Positions 1 to 8,692 of a stretch of DNA of 64,000 nt are shown here, in pieces. Source of the DNA: Candidatus Pacearchaeota archaeon (GTDB taxonomy: Archaea; Nanobdellota; Nanobdellia; UBA10117; JAFCGI01); contig JAFCGI010000002.1 of NCBI GenBank assembly GCA_017608235.1, forward strand, positions 44,425 through 108,424. The letters run 5' to 3'. The notes beneath the pieces were generated by a model. It was not told the origin of the DNA and searched no databases. It was given only the letters and a program-made list of their open reading frames with translations. The position numbers were made by a program, and so were the translations under genes. Numbering within the stretch: the stretch's first letter is position 1; the number at the start of each line of letters is the position of its first letter.

Positions 1-57
1 CAATTTCTTATTAATAAACTTCTCAAGATCTTTCAAATTAAATTCAATTATTGGCAT
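1..57 (-). CDS. pheT: Phenylalanine--tRNA ligase beta subunit, first 19 codons only (runs off the window)
   Basis: The minus-strand ATG at 57-55 overlaps the pheS stop (ATAATG). It reads MPIIEFNLKDLEKFINKKL, an MP...DLE..(L/F)I start typical of archaeal PheT. The pheS-pheT gene order supports the call. Confidence 0.6.
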   Translation of the reverse strand, partial: MPIIEFNLKDLEKFINKKL

Positions 58-1574
58 TATACATTAGCACCTCTTAACCACTTCAAATCACTACTAAACA
101 AATACCTAATATCATTAATCCCTTCTTTAATCATAAATAATCTATCTATACCTATTCCCCAAGCTATTACAGGCACCTTAATTCCTAAAGGTTCCGTTAG
201 CTCAGGCCTAAATATTCCAGCAGGCATAACTTCTGTCCATTTCCCAAGTTCCTTAAGATAAATAAATGCCTCCACACTAGGTTCTGTAAATGGAAAATAA
301 CCTGGCAAGAATTTTATCTTATCAACATTTGCAACTTTTTTTGCAAAATTCGCTAGCAATGAAAGTAATTTCCTAAAATTAACATCATCTCCCAAAACAA
401 TTCCTTCAAGTTGATTAAATTCTGTAAGATGAGTAGGATCTACAACATCAGGCCTATAACATCTTGCAACTGCAAAATATTTTCCAGGAATTTTTAAATC
501 AGGAGACATTAACATTCTCGCAGACAATGCTGTACCTTGAGATCTAAGTAATAATCTTTTTGTTATTTGCTCAGAAAAAGGAATTCTCCATCCTAATGAT
601 GCTGTCTTACCACCAGTTTCATGAACTGCCTTAACAGCTGCAATCTCTTTCTTATATTTAGAAAGATCTGCCTCACCCTTAATAAAATAAGCATCATGTA
701 TTCCTCTAGCTGGGTGATCTTGAGGCATAAACAAAGAATCATTATTAAAAAACTCGCACTCTACTAAAGGTCCAGTCATCTCTTCAAAACCCATAGCCAC
801 AAGTTCTCTTTTAACTTTATCTAAAAATGCAAGATAAGCTTGCTTCTTTCCAGCAAAAATCTTTGGCACATTTATAGAAACATCATATCTTCTAAGTTTA
901 TGTTTTTTCCAATCCCCAGTTCTTATTAAACTAGGATTCAAAACTCCAATTCTTTTTTCAGATCCTTTACCTAATAGCTTTACAACTTCTAATCCTAAAT
1001 CTGTAATCTTAAAACTTCTTGATTTTCTTTCAATTTCTTTAACAATTTCTTTTCTCTTCTTTAGTTCTTCATAAGCAAATAATTCTTCTGGCTTTAAAGA
1101 TTCAAAATCTACTTCACCTTGCTTAGATAATTTCTTCAAAAATAACTCTTCCAAACTTTCTTTAGCTCCTTTTCTAACTAGAGATACTATTCCTTTGTTA
1201 ATCTTAATTATTCCCTTACCCCGAAGATATCCAAGACAAAAATTTAATTCATCCTTTTCAAAATCCTTGCTTAAATCTTTCAAAGACAGCTTATCTTTCT
1301 TAAGTAGTTTAGAACAAAAACTCTTTTCTGGGAGTTTACCTTTAGCATATTGTTCTCCTAATTTATCTAAGATAATAAACTTAGAAGCAGATTCTTCGCC
1401 TTCAATTAACCTCTTATTTTCAAGCCACATACCTGCTCTACCAATCTCAATTGCCTGTAACTTAGTAACAGCAATCAATTCTATACCAGATAACTCCTTC
1501 TTAGATTTAAGAGCATTCAAAACCGCTATCTCCGAATCTTGTAAAGTCTCAGCTATCTTTTTAGCATCTGTCAT
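57..1574 (-). CDS. pheS: Phenylalanine--tRNA ligase alpha subunit (archaeal/eukaryal type)
   Basis: 505-aa ORF with a class II core near the C-terminus (FPFTEPSVE, GIGIDRL). It has the long N-terminal helical extension seen in archaeal PheRS alpha. Confidence 0.9.
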   Translation of the reverse strand: MTDAKKIAETLQDSEIAVLNALKSKKELSGIELIAVTKLQAIEIGRAGMWLENKRLIEGEESASKFIILDKLGEQYAKGKLPEKSFCSKLLKKDKLSLKDLSKDFEKDELNFCLGYLRGKGIIKINKGIVSLVRKGAKESLEELFLKKLSKQGEVDFESLKPEELFAYEELKKRKEIVKEIERKSRSFKITDLGLEVVKLLGKGSEKRIGVLNPSLIRTGDWKKHKLRRYDVSINVPKIFAGKKQAYLAFLDKVKRELVAMGFEEMTGPLVECEFFNNDSLFMPQDHPARGIHDAYFIKGEADLSKYKKEIAAVKAVHETGGKTASLGWRIPFSEQITKRLLLRSQGTALSARMLMSPDLKIPGKYFAVARCYRPDVVDPTHLTEFNQLEGIVLGDDVNFRKLLSLLANFAKKVANVDKIKFLPGYFPFTEPSVEAFIYLKELGKWTEVMPAGIFRPELTEPLGIKVPVIAWGIGIDRLFMIKEGINDIRYLFSSDLKWLRGANV

Positions 1575-1607
1575 AGTAATTAAATTAAGAATTCTTCCTT
1601 AAAAAAC

Positions 1608-2048
1608 TTATTCATCTAAGTCAGCAACCAACTTATCTACTAATTCTTTACTTAGCTCGCGAATATAAATACGTTTTTCATGTTTCAAATTATTAGCTAA
1701 ATTATTTAATTTTAAATCTATAAACATTCTTCCTTCAGTGTCTACAATACAAATACCATTTAATTTTGGATCATATTTAGTCTGTGGAGGAAGCCTCAGA
1801 TCATTATATGCTAAAAAAATTTTATGATTATTAGGAACATTACCTCTAGCTAAATAAATTACTCCTTCTTTTAACAACTGCTGATAATTATCTCTTAAAA
1901 AACTACTGGGCACATTTGCAAAATCTGCTAGCTTATCTAAAGGATAAAATTTTCTAGTTGATATAATTGTTCTTGAGTTTCGTAATGCCCTAACTATTGC
2001 ATTTTCTCTTGAATGTCTTATTACAAGCTCTTCTATATCTTCTACCAT
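1608..2048 (-). CDS. Hypothetical protein
   Basis: 146-aa ORF lying 34 nt upstream of pheS on the same strand. I recognise no motif. Confidence 0.45.
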   Translation of the reverse strand: MVEDIEELVIRHSRENAIVRALRNSRTIISTRKFYPLDKLADFANVPSSFLRDNYQQLLKEGVIYLARGNVPNNHKIFLAYNDLRLPPQTKYDPKLNGICIVDTEGRMFIDLKLNNLANNLKHEKRIYIRELSKELVDKLVADLDE

Positions 2049-2072
2049 AAAATTTAATTAAAGTCAGGAAAA

Positions 2073-2183
2073 TGAGCCCGCTGAGATTTGAACTCAGGAC
2101 CTCTCGATATCCAATAGAATTGGTCGAGAGAAATACTCCCAGACTTATCAGTCGAGCGCGCTACCAGGCTACGCCACGGGCTC
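2073..2183 (-). tRNA. tRNA-Ile (anticodon GAU) with a 37-nt intron at position 37/38
   Basis: Reverse complement folds as acceptor GAGCCCG/CGGGCUC+A, D arm GCGU-AGCCUGGUA-GCGC, anticodon stem CUCGA/UCGAG with loop CUGAUA(A), and T arm CUGAG-UUCAAAU-CUCAG. There are 37 extra nt between the loop and the 3' half of the anticodon stem. Confidence 0.85.
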
Positions 2184-2207
2184 ATACAATGCATAGACTA
2201 TTAACCC

Positions 2208-2215
2208 TTTAAAAA
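2208..2215 (-). promoter_or_regulatory. Candidate TATA box (TTTTTAAA on the minus strand) for tRNA-Ile
   Basis: It lies 25-32 nt upstream of the tRNA 5' end. The same T-rich box sits at the same distance before all three tRNA genes in the window. Confidence 0.45.
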
Positions 2216-2224
2216 TATTTTCAA

Positions 2225-3439
2225 TTAATCCTTCTTCCTTAAAGCATCAACCGGCTTTAATCCAGCTGCATTTCTTGCAGGCATCACCCCTGAAATTATA
2301 CCTACAACCATAGAAAATAATAATGCGCCTCCTATTAGCCAAGGAGAAGTATAAATACTAAATGTAAATACTTGTAAACTACCTGCATAAAGCTCTACAA
2401 GTTTAGCTAATCCTAATCCAATACTAACTCCCAAAACTCCACCTATAAAACCTAATACAGCTGACTCTATTAAGAAAATAAACAAAATCTGTTTATTAGT
2501 AGCACCAATAGATTTCATTATTCCAATTTCTGTAGTTCTTTCAAGAACATTTGTATACATAGTATTAGTTATTCCAATCCCGCCAATAATTAAAGAAATA
2601 AATCCTATTCCCACAACAACTAAAATAATAACTGAAAACAACTGACTATATACTCTCATCAGTTCTTCAGAAGTTTGCACTCCAAAATCTTCTTCCCCTT
2701 CTTTAACTCCACGATGTTTTCTAAGCTTCGCTTCTATCTCTTCTGCAACATCCGCTACTTTCCTATTTGGTTCAACTTCCACAATAATTGTACTAATCGC
2801 ATCAGGTTCATCAAACAATTCCCGAGCAGTACTTAAAGGAATATACATCTGATTATCATCCTGATTATTTCCAATCGGAGTAAATCTTCCCACAACTTTA
2901 AACTCTCTATTCTCAATCATAATTTTATCTCTCAGAGATATAGCCTTCTTAAATAAACCAGCATCTGTTCCCTGTAAATATCCAATCATTACACTATATT
3001 TATCATTTTTAGTAGGATACTTTCCTTCAAGCAAATCAATAGTTGCAAAAGCTTCCACAAATCTTTCTGCATTCTCAGCAGGTAAACCAATTACCCAAAA
3101 ATATTTAACATCATCTTCATATTCAATTTTTGCAGACTTAAACAACATAGGATCTGCAAAAGCTACACCATTAACTTTTTCCACAACATCCAAATCAGAT
3201 TTATCTAATGTCTGGGTAAATGCTCCTAATGCACTCATATCCTGCCCAGGAAATATAAACAACTTATTGATCCCCATTGCCTCAAACTGATCACTAATAG
3301 TCTTATCCATACCTAATCCAAGAGATAATAAAGAAACAATAGCAGCAACTCCAATAACAATCGCAATGACTGTAAGAAAACTTCTAGTTTTCCTATCCCA
3401 TAAACTTCCTAATGCTAATTTAAAATACTCTCTCATCAC
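2225..3439 (-). CDS. ABC transporter permease, MacB/FtsX family
   Basis: 404 aa with an N-terminal TM helix, a large extracytoplasmic domain and a C-terminal FtsX-type TM bundle. It overlaps the upstream paralogue by 4 nt. Confidence 0.85.
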   Translation of the reverse strand: MMREYFKLALGSLWDRKTRSFLTVIAIVIGVAAIVSLLSLGLGMDKTISDQFEAMGINKLFIFPGQDMSALGAFTQTLDKSDLDVVEKVNGVAFADPMLFKSAKIEYEDDVKYFWVIGLPAENAERFVEAFATIDLLEGKYPTKNDKYSVMIGYLQGTDAGLFKKAISLRDKIMIENREFKVVGRFTPIGNNQDDNQMYIPLSTARELFDEPDAISTIIVEVEPNRKVADVAEEIEAKLRKHRGVKEGEEDFGVQTSEELMRVYSQLFSVIILVVVGIGFISLIIGGIGITNTMYTNVLERTTEIGIMKSIGATNKQILFIFLIESAVLGFIGGVLGVSIGLGLAKLVELYAGSLQVFTFSIYTSPWLIGGALLFSMVVGIISGVMPARNAAGLKPVDALRKKD

Positions 3440-4659
3440 TCATACCTCAATGAATCCATAGGATTAAGTTTTGCTGCCTTATATGCAGGCAATGATCCTG
3501 AAACCATACCTATACAAAATGAAAACAATAAAGATCCAAATATTAACATTGGCGAAAAAACTGCACTTAACAAAGTTATTCCATAGACTATAGCTCCAAC
3601 CTGAACAATAGCATAACTCATACCAATCCCAAGTAACAAACCTAGTATTCCTCCACTAAGTCCAATCAAACCTGCCTCAAATAAAAAAATACTCATGATA
3701 TGCCAGTTCTTAGCTCCAATCGCTTTCATAATACCTATATCCCTAGTCTGCTCAATTACAGAAGTATACATTGTATTCATTATACCAATTCCACCAACAA
3801 GCAAAGAAATAGCAGCAATCCCTACCAAAATAACCTGGATTAAAGTTATTATTGCAGTAAATCCCTGCACTATATTCTGCGCAAGATCAACTGTAAAATC
3901 TTCATCACCTTCTTCTAGACCATGATCTTTTCTAAGATCTTTTTTTATAGCTTCAGCAACAACACTAGGATCAAATCCTTTCTTAACTTTTACAACAATT
4001 ATAGAAACTTCATCTGGTTCATCAAACAAATCTCTAGCAGTATCTAAAGTTATCCTAAATAATCCATCATGTATAGGACTTCCACTTTTTTGCTGCACAC
4101 CTACAATACTAAACTTAATATCATCTATAAAGATCTTATCTCCTAATTTTATCTCTTTATCAAAAGTAGATCGAGAAGCAGCATATCCTACTATTGCTTT
4201 ATGAGCATCTCCAGGGCCTAGTTGCCTTCCATGTTCAACTTTATAAAAATCTATTTCTTGAAGCTGCTCCCTAATCTCAGATTCAGTAGACGCAGCCACA
4301 ACATTAGCATACTTCACTTGATCTCTATATTTAATTTGTGCAGTTCTCATAAGAATTCCAGTAGCTAACTCTACTCCATTAACATCTCTTACAATTTCAA
4401 CATCACTATCATAAAGCTTAGCAGCAGTAACCTCTGACCCAGAACCCCCTGCAGCAAACCCCCCACCTGGAGTAATAAGAATTTTATCAGTTCCCAAACT
4501 CTTAAACAAATCATCAACTGTAGTCTGCATACCAGATCCTATAGAAATCAAACTTACTACTAATGCTATACCAATAACAATAGAAACAATCGTAAGCCAA
4601 GATCTGAGCTTCCTATGCCTCATCCTTCGGATTGCAAATTTAAAAAAGCTCTCTATCAT
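3436..4659 (-). CDS. ABC transporter permease, MacB/FtsX family (second paralogue)
   Basis: 407 aa with the same architecture as 2225-3439 and a similar conserved C-terminal segment (..IGIMKAIGAKNW.. versus ..IGIMKSIGATNK..). Confidence 0.85.
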   Translation of the reverse strand: MIESFFKFAIRRMRHRKLRSWLTIVSIVIGIALVVSLISIGSGMQTTVDDLFKSLGTDKILITPGGGFAAGGSGSEVTAAKLYDSDVEIVRDVNGVELATGILMRTAQIKYRDQVKYANVVAASTESEIREQLQEIDFYKVEHGRQLGPGDAHKAIVGYAASRSTFDKEIKLGDKIFIDDIKFSIVGVQQKSGSPIHDGLFRITLDTARDLFDEPDEVSIIVVKVKKGFDPSVVAEAIKKDLRKDHGLEEGDEDFTVDLAQNIVQGFTAIITLIQVILVGIAAISLLVGGIGIMNTMYTSVIEQTRDIGIMKAIGAKNWHIMSIFLFEAGLIGLSGGILGLLLGIGMSYAIVQVGAIVYGITLLSAVFSPMLIFGSLLFSFCIGMVSGSLPAYKAAKLNPMDSLRYE

Positions 4660-4690
4660 TTCACTTCTACTCTACTAACTAAAGAAAATT

Positions 4691-5941
4691 TTATTTTTTC
4701 TTCTTATAGTATTTTTTATAATAGAACCATCCGCCAGCTATAGCAATAATGAATATCAAAAAGTAAACTCCATTATAATTTCCCTGAACCAATCCTAGTT
4801 TAGATAATTCACCAGAAGTATATATTCTCAAATTAATATCTTTATAGTCTGTATGAAGCTTATTAAAATTATCTTTATAATTTATTTTAAATCTTATTGG
4901 AATCTCACCCTTAACCTTTCCAATATTTATCTTAAACTCTGCAGTCTCATAATCATCAGAATCTATATTACCAATGTATACTTTATTATTAGACACTAAA
5001 GAATATTGATCTGAATCCAATATTTCCACATCTAAAAAGCTAACTTTAGTAAGACCTTTATTTGATATGCTTAACACAACATCGCCAGTCATGCCCTTAG
5101 TAAAATAACCTTCCGCAGGTTCTAAAGAATACAATAAATCTGGTTGCTCATCAACAACTAATGCTAAATTATCTGATCTTGTAATTTCATTACCTGCAGC
5201 ATCAGAATAAGATACATCTAATGGAATCTTATACACTTGAGATACTGCATTTCCTTCAACAATAATATCAAATACAACATCTCTAGATTCTCCAACAGAT
5301 AATGCTCTAATAGTTTTTTCTGATATTCCATTCAAAGGCGCAAATGGTATATCTTCTCCAGATAAATCCAATGCTAAAGAAATATCTTTTATGTCTGAGT
5401 CTGCATTATTCCTCATAGTAAGTATGATTTTTGCAATATCTCCAGGACTTAACCTTTCTGGTTCATATCTTACAGTAACAAAATCCAAAACAGGATTTGG
5501 AGTAGTTACAGACATAGTAATTGGTATAGATATAATACTTCTGCCACTACTACCTATTTTATATTTCAGATTCAAATCATAATCTCCTTCTAAAGCCTTA
5601 GAATCCACTCTAATCTCATACTCAACCAAAATTTCCTGACTAGGATTAATACTAGAAATTATTTTAGTTCCATTATCCCCAGGATCAAATGAAAAAGGAT
5701 ATTCCTCTTCTAACATTAAATAAACATTATTTAATTGTTTAGAACCTACATTCTTTAACTTAAGCCAAACCTTAACATATTGTCCAGGCTCTGCAGGAAA
5801 AGGCTCATACTTCATCTGTTCTACTTTCAAATAATAATTATATATATATTCATTTGTAGCAGCTAATGCTGGAGTTCCAGCTATCCCAAAAATAAATATG
5901 CTTAACAATATCAGCACACTACTTCGCCTTTCCATAACCAT
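4691..5941 (-). CDS. Secreted/anchored beta-sandwich repeat protein (CARDB / COG1361 S-layer-like type) of the ABC operon
   Basis: Signal/anchor MERRSSVLILLSIFIFGIAGTPALA; repeated modules such as PGQYVKVWLKLKNVGSKQLNNVYL and PGDIAKIILTMRNNADSDIKDISL; C-terminal TM helix plus a KKYYKKKK tail. The start is placed at Met22 of the track ORF, so it overlaps the end of the ATPase gene. Confidence 0.6.
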   Translation of the reverse strand: MVMERRSSVLILLSIFIFGIAGTPALAATNEYIYNYYLKVEQMKYEPFPAEPGQYVKVWLKLKNVGSKQLNNVYLMLEEEYPFSFDPGDNGTKIISSINPSQEILVEYEIRVDSKALEGDYDLNLKYKIGSSGRSIISIPITMSVTTPNPVLDFVTVRYEPERLSPGDIAKIILTMRNNADSDIKDISLALDLSGEDIPFAPLNGISEKTIRALSVGESRDVVFDIIVEGNAVSQVYKIPLDVSYSDAAGNEITRSDNLALVVDEQPDLLYSLEPAEGYFTKGMTGDVVLSISNKGLTKVSFLDVEILDSDQYSLVSNNKVYIGNIDSDDYETAEFKINIGKVKGEIPIRFKINYKDNFNKLHTDYKDINLRIYTSGELSKLGLVQGNYNGVYFLIFIIAIAGGWFYYKKYYKKKK

Positions 5942-6686
5942 TTTTTTCCTTTTCAGCCCAAACAAATTTTTTATATTGCTCTTTACTTTTCCTAATTTTA
6001 CCATCTTTTATATTATATATCTTTTCGTCCTTCGCATAAGTAGCAATATATGGATCATGAGTAACCATAATTATGGTTTTTTTCTGTTCTTCATGCAATT
6101 TAATGAAAATATCCATAATAATCTTACCTGTTCTTGAATCAAGATTTCCAGTAGGCTCGTCCGCTAATATAATCTCAGGGTTATTAGCTAATGATCTTGC
6201 TATAGCAACTCTCTGTCTTTCACCACCACTCATCTCACTAGGTTTATGAGTAATCCTATCCCCTAAATTTACCATCCTCAATAACTCTATAGCTCTTTTT
6301 TCCTTTTCAGTTTGAGGAATCCCTTGAAAAGTCATAGGTAACATCACATTCTCTAATGCTGTTAATGTTCCTATCAAATTAAAAGTCTGAAACACAAATC
6401 CAATTTTTTGTCCACGAATATTTGCTAGATTACTCTCTGTAAGTTTAGATATATCATATCCTTCCAAAAAAACCTTACCTCTTGAAGGCACATCCAATGC
6501 ACCTATTATAGCCATAGCAGTACTCTTTCCACTACCAGATGGCCCCATAATAGCAATAAATTCATTCTTATAAACATCTAAACTAACTCCACGAAGGGCA
6601 TCCACTCTTACATTACCCATCATATAAGTCTTCCAAACATCCCTAAGACTAATTATTGGTTTGCCTCCTCTACTAATATCAGCCAT
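5919..6686 (-). CDS. ABC transporter ATP-binding protein (MacB/LolD-like)
   Basis: Walker A GPSGSGKST, signature LSGGERQRVAIARSL, Walker B ILADEPTGNLD and H-loop VTHD. Confidence 0.9.
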   Translation of the reverse strand: MADISRGGKPIISLRDVWKTYMMGNVRVDALRGVSLDVYKNEFIAIMGPSGSGKSTAMAIIGALDVPSRGKVFLEGYDISKLTESNLANIRGQKIGFVFQTFNLIGTLTALENVMLPMTFQGIPQTEKEKRAIELLRMVNLGDRITHKPSEMSGGERQRVAIARSLANNPEIILADEPTGNLDSRTGKIIMDIFIKLHEEQKKTIIMVTHDPYIATYAKDEKIYNIKDGKIRKSKEQYKKFVWAEKEKNGYGKAK

Positions 6687-6749
6687 TGCCTATAAATCCA
6701 TAAAATAAAGTAATATATAATATTATTCTTTAAAATTTATTCTTTAGAA

Positions 6750-6837
6750 TGGACCGGTCGGGATTTGAACCCGAGGCCTCTTGCTTTTTCGACAAAATAT
6801 GCGAAGCAAGCGATCTACCGAACTGATCTACCAGCCC
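6750..6837 (-). tRNA. tRNA-Ala (anticodon CGC) with a 14-nt intron at 37/38
   Basis: Reverse complement folds as acceptor GGGCUGG/CCGGUCC+A with the alanine identity pair G3:U70, D arm GAUC-AGUUCGGUA-GAUC, anticodon stem CUUGC/GCAAG with loop UUCGCA[UAUUUUGUCGAAAA]A, and T arm UCGGG-UUCAAAU-CCCGA. Confidence 0.85.
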
Positions 6838-6862
6838 ATTACAGTGCATAAACAAACACAAG

Positions 6863-6870
6863 TATTAAAA
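6863..6870 (-). promoter_or_regulatory. Candidate TATA box (TTTTAATA on the minus strand) for tRNA-Ala
   Basis: It lies 26-33 nt upstream of the tRNA 5' end, the same spacing as at the other two tRNA genes. Confidence 0.45.
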
Positions 6871-6984
6871 GTATGCTCTTCTTCTGAAATTTCAAGATGA
6901 GCGAGCTAACACTATCTAAATTAAAAAATTATTCAGCATATTTAGAAATAAAATGGTATAGTGATTGGCCGCCAAAAACAAAAA

Positions 6985-7782
6985 ATGGAAGACAAAATCA
7001 CTTTCCTAGGTACAGGTGGAGGCAGAGTAGTAGTAGCAAACCAAATCCGAGCCACAGGAGGATTTATAATAAATCTTAAAGGACGTCAAATACATGTAGA
7101 TCCAGGACCAGGAGCATTAGTAAGAGCAAGACAATATGGAGTAAAAGCATATCAAACAGATATAATATTTGCTTCACACTCTCATTTAGATCATTGTAAT
7201 GATCTAAACGCAATAATCTATGCCATGACTCTTGGTGGAATCAACAAAAAAGGAATTCTAATTTCTACAGGCGAAGTAATAAATGGAACTCAAAAAGAAC
7301 GTCCTTGGTTGTCAGATTATTATAGAGACAAACTAAAAAACCTAATAGTAGCCTCTGAAAAAGATACTATAAAAATAGGAAATCTAACATTACATACCAC
7401 AAAAACCAAACACGACATAAACACTAATATAGGATTTAGATTAGAGTCTCCAGACCTTACTATTGGATATACATCTGATACAACTTATTTTGATGATCTT
7501 CCTAAAGAATTCAAAAATACAACAGTATTAATAGCAAATATTCTCCGTCCTGGAAATGATAAATGGAAAACCCATCTTTGTGGAGATGACATAGTTAAGT
7601 TAGCTACAGAAGTACGCCCAGAACTAATGATCATTCAACACTATGGAGCTAAACTAATAAAAAGCAGCCCATTATATGAAGCTAGAGAAATTCAACGTCG
7701 CTCAGGCATAAGAACTATTGCAGCAACAGATGGACTTTCTATACCAATTTCTGGATTCAAGAAAAGAATTCCAACAATCTAA
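6985..7782 (+). CDS. Metallo-beta-lactamase fold hydrolase
   Basis: FLGTGGG N-terminus and an HxHxDH motif (SHSHLDHCND). The start is taken at the ATG at 6985 rather than the upstream GTG in the track. Confidence 0.7.
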   Translation: MEDKITFLGTGGGRVVVANQIRATGGFIINLKGRQIHVDPGPGALVRARQYGVKAYQTDIIFASHSHLDHCNDLNAIIYAMTLGGINKKGILISTGEVINGTQKERPWLSDYYRDKLKNLIVASEKDTIKIGNLTLHTTKTKHDINTNIGFRLESPDLTIGYTSDTTYFDDLPKEFKNTTVLIANILRPGNDKWKTHLCGDDIVKLATEVRPELMIIQHYGAKLIKSSPLYEAREIQRRSGIRTIAATDGLSIPISGFKKRIPTI

Positions 7783-7833
7783 ATATTATAAGCTCTAAAA
7801 AGATTTTTAAACTCTAAGAACTTTTGAATTTTT

Positions 7834-8109
7834 ATGGTAACTGAAGAACAATCTAAAGATAAAATAGGTGGAGCATATTCTGATGAAGGCAGAGAAGACG
7901 CAGTAGAATCTGGTGCAATGACTGTAGAAGAAGCTGGATTCGTAGAAGGATACCAAGAAGGAGAAAAAAAAGCAATATGCGCAGAATGTAAAACAGAACT
8001 TTATGAAGAAACAATAGAAAGAGAAATTAATGGGGAATTATATGAGTTTTGTTCAGAAAATCATGCTGAGCTCTTCGCCAAAAGAAAAGAAGCTGAAAAG
8101 AGAATCTAG
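7834..8109 (+). CDS. Acidic small protein with a TRASH/YHS-like zinc-ribbon motif
   Basis: 91 aa with CAEC-x20-CSENH spacing (C-x2-C-x20-C-x3-H) after an acidic N-terminal half. Confidence 0.4.
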   Translation: MVTEEQSKDKIGGAYSDEGREDAVESGAMTVEEAGFVEGYQEGEKKAICAECKTELYEETIEREINGELYEFCSENHAELFAKRKEAEKRI

Positions 8110-8126
8110 ATCCATAATATACATTA

Positions 8127-8657
8127 ATGAAAATATACAAACCAAGAGAAGATTCTAAACTTTTATTGGATTATCTAAACAAGATCTCTTGCTCTAACAA
8201 AACAATCCTAGAAATAGGAACTGGTTCAGGAATAATAGCTGAAACTGCCAAAAGTAAAGGGGCAAAAGTAATTGCCACAGACTTAAATCCAGATGCCTGT
8301 CTCTCTGCAAAATATAAAAACATAAAAACAATCTGCTCAGATCTTCTTAAAGGAATAAATCCAAAAAAGAAATTTGATATAATAATCTTTAATCCACCAT
8401 ACCTTCCAGAATCTCCAAACTCTAATGAAAACTTTCCAGATTTAGTAGGTGGAAAGAAAGGCTACGAGCTAACTCTAGAATTCATAAAGCAAGCAAAACC
8501 ACATCTAACCAATCATGGATTTATTCTTTTTATAGCATCCTCATTATCTAAACCAAAAGAACTTTTAGAAAAAATTAAAAAACTTAAACTCAAATCTCTA
8601 ATTCTAGAAACCCTAAACTTTGACTTTGAGTCTATTTTCTTAATCAAAGTTTGGTAG
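8127..8657 (+). CDS. N5-glutamine methyltransferase, HemK-related archaeal / Mtq2 type (release-factor GGQ methylase)
   Basis: 176 aa with the N-terminal IYKPREDSKLLLDYL signature of the Mtq2/HemK-rel-arch group, SAM-binding ILEIGTGSG and catalytic NPPY (IIFNPPYLP). Confidence 0.75.
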   Translation: MKIYKPREDSKLLLDYLNKISCSNKTILEIGTGSGIIAETAKSKGAKVIATDLNPDACLSAKYKNIKTICSDLLKGINPKKKFDIIIFNPPYLPESPNSNENFPDLVGGKKGYELTLEFIKQAKPHLTNHGFILFIASSLSKPKELLEKIKKLKLKSLILETLNFDFESIFLIKVW

Positions 8658-8692
8658 ATAGCTTTTTAAGCTACTAAAAGCCAATTATTACC

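Noticed and set aside
5898-6137. 79-aa plus-strand ORF spanning the junction between the ATPase gene and the COG1361-like gene.
   Set aside because: It is antisense to the ABC ATPase C-terminus and to the start of the downstream gene, and it is hydrophobic low complexity from AT-rich codons.
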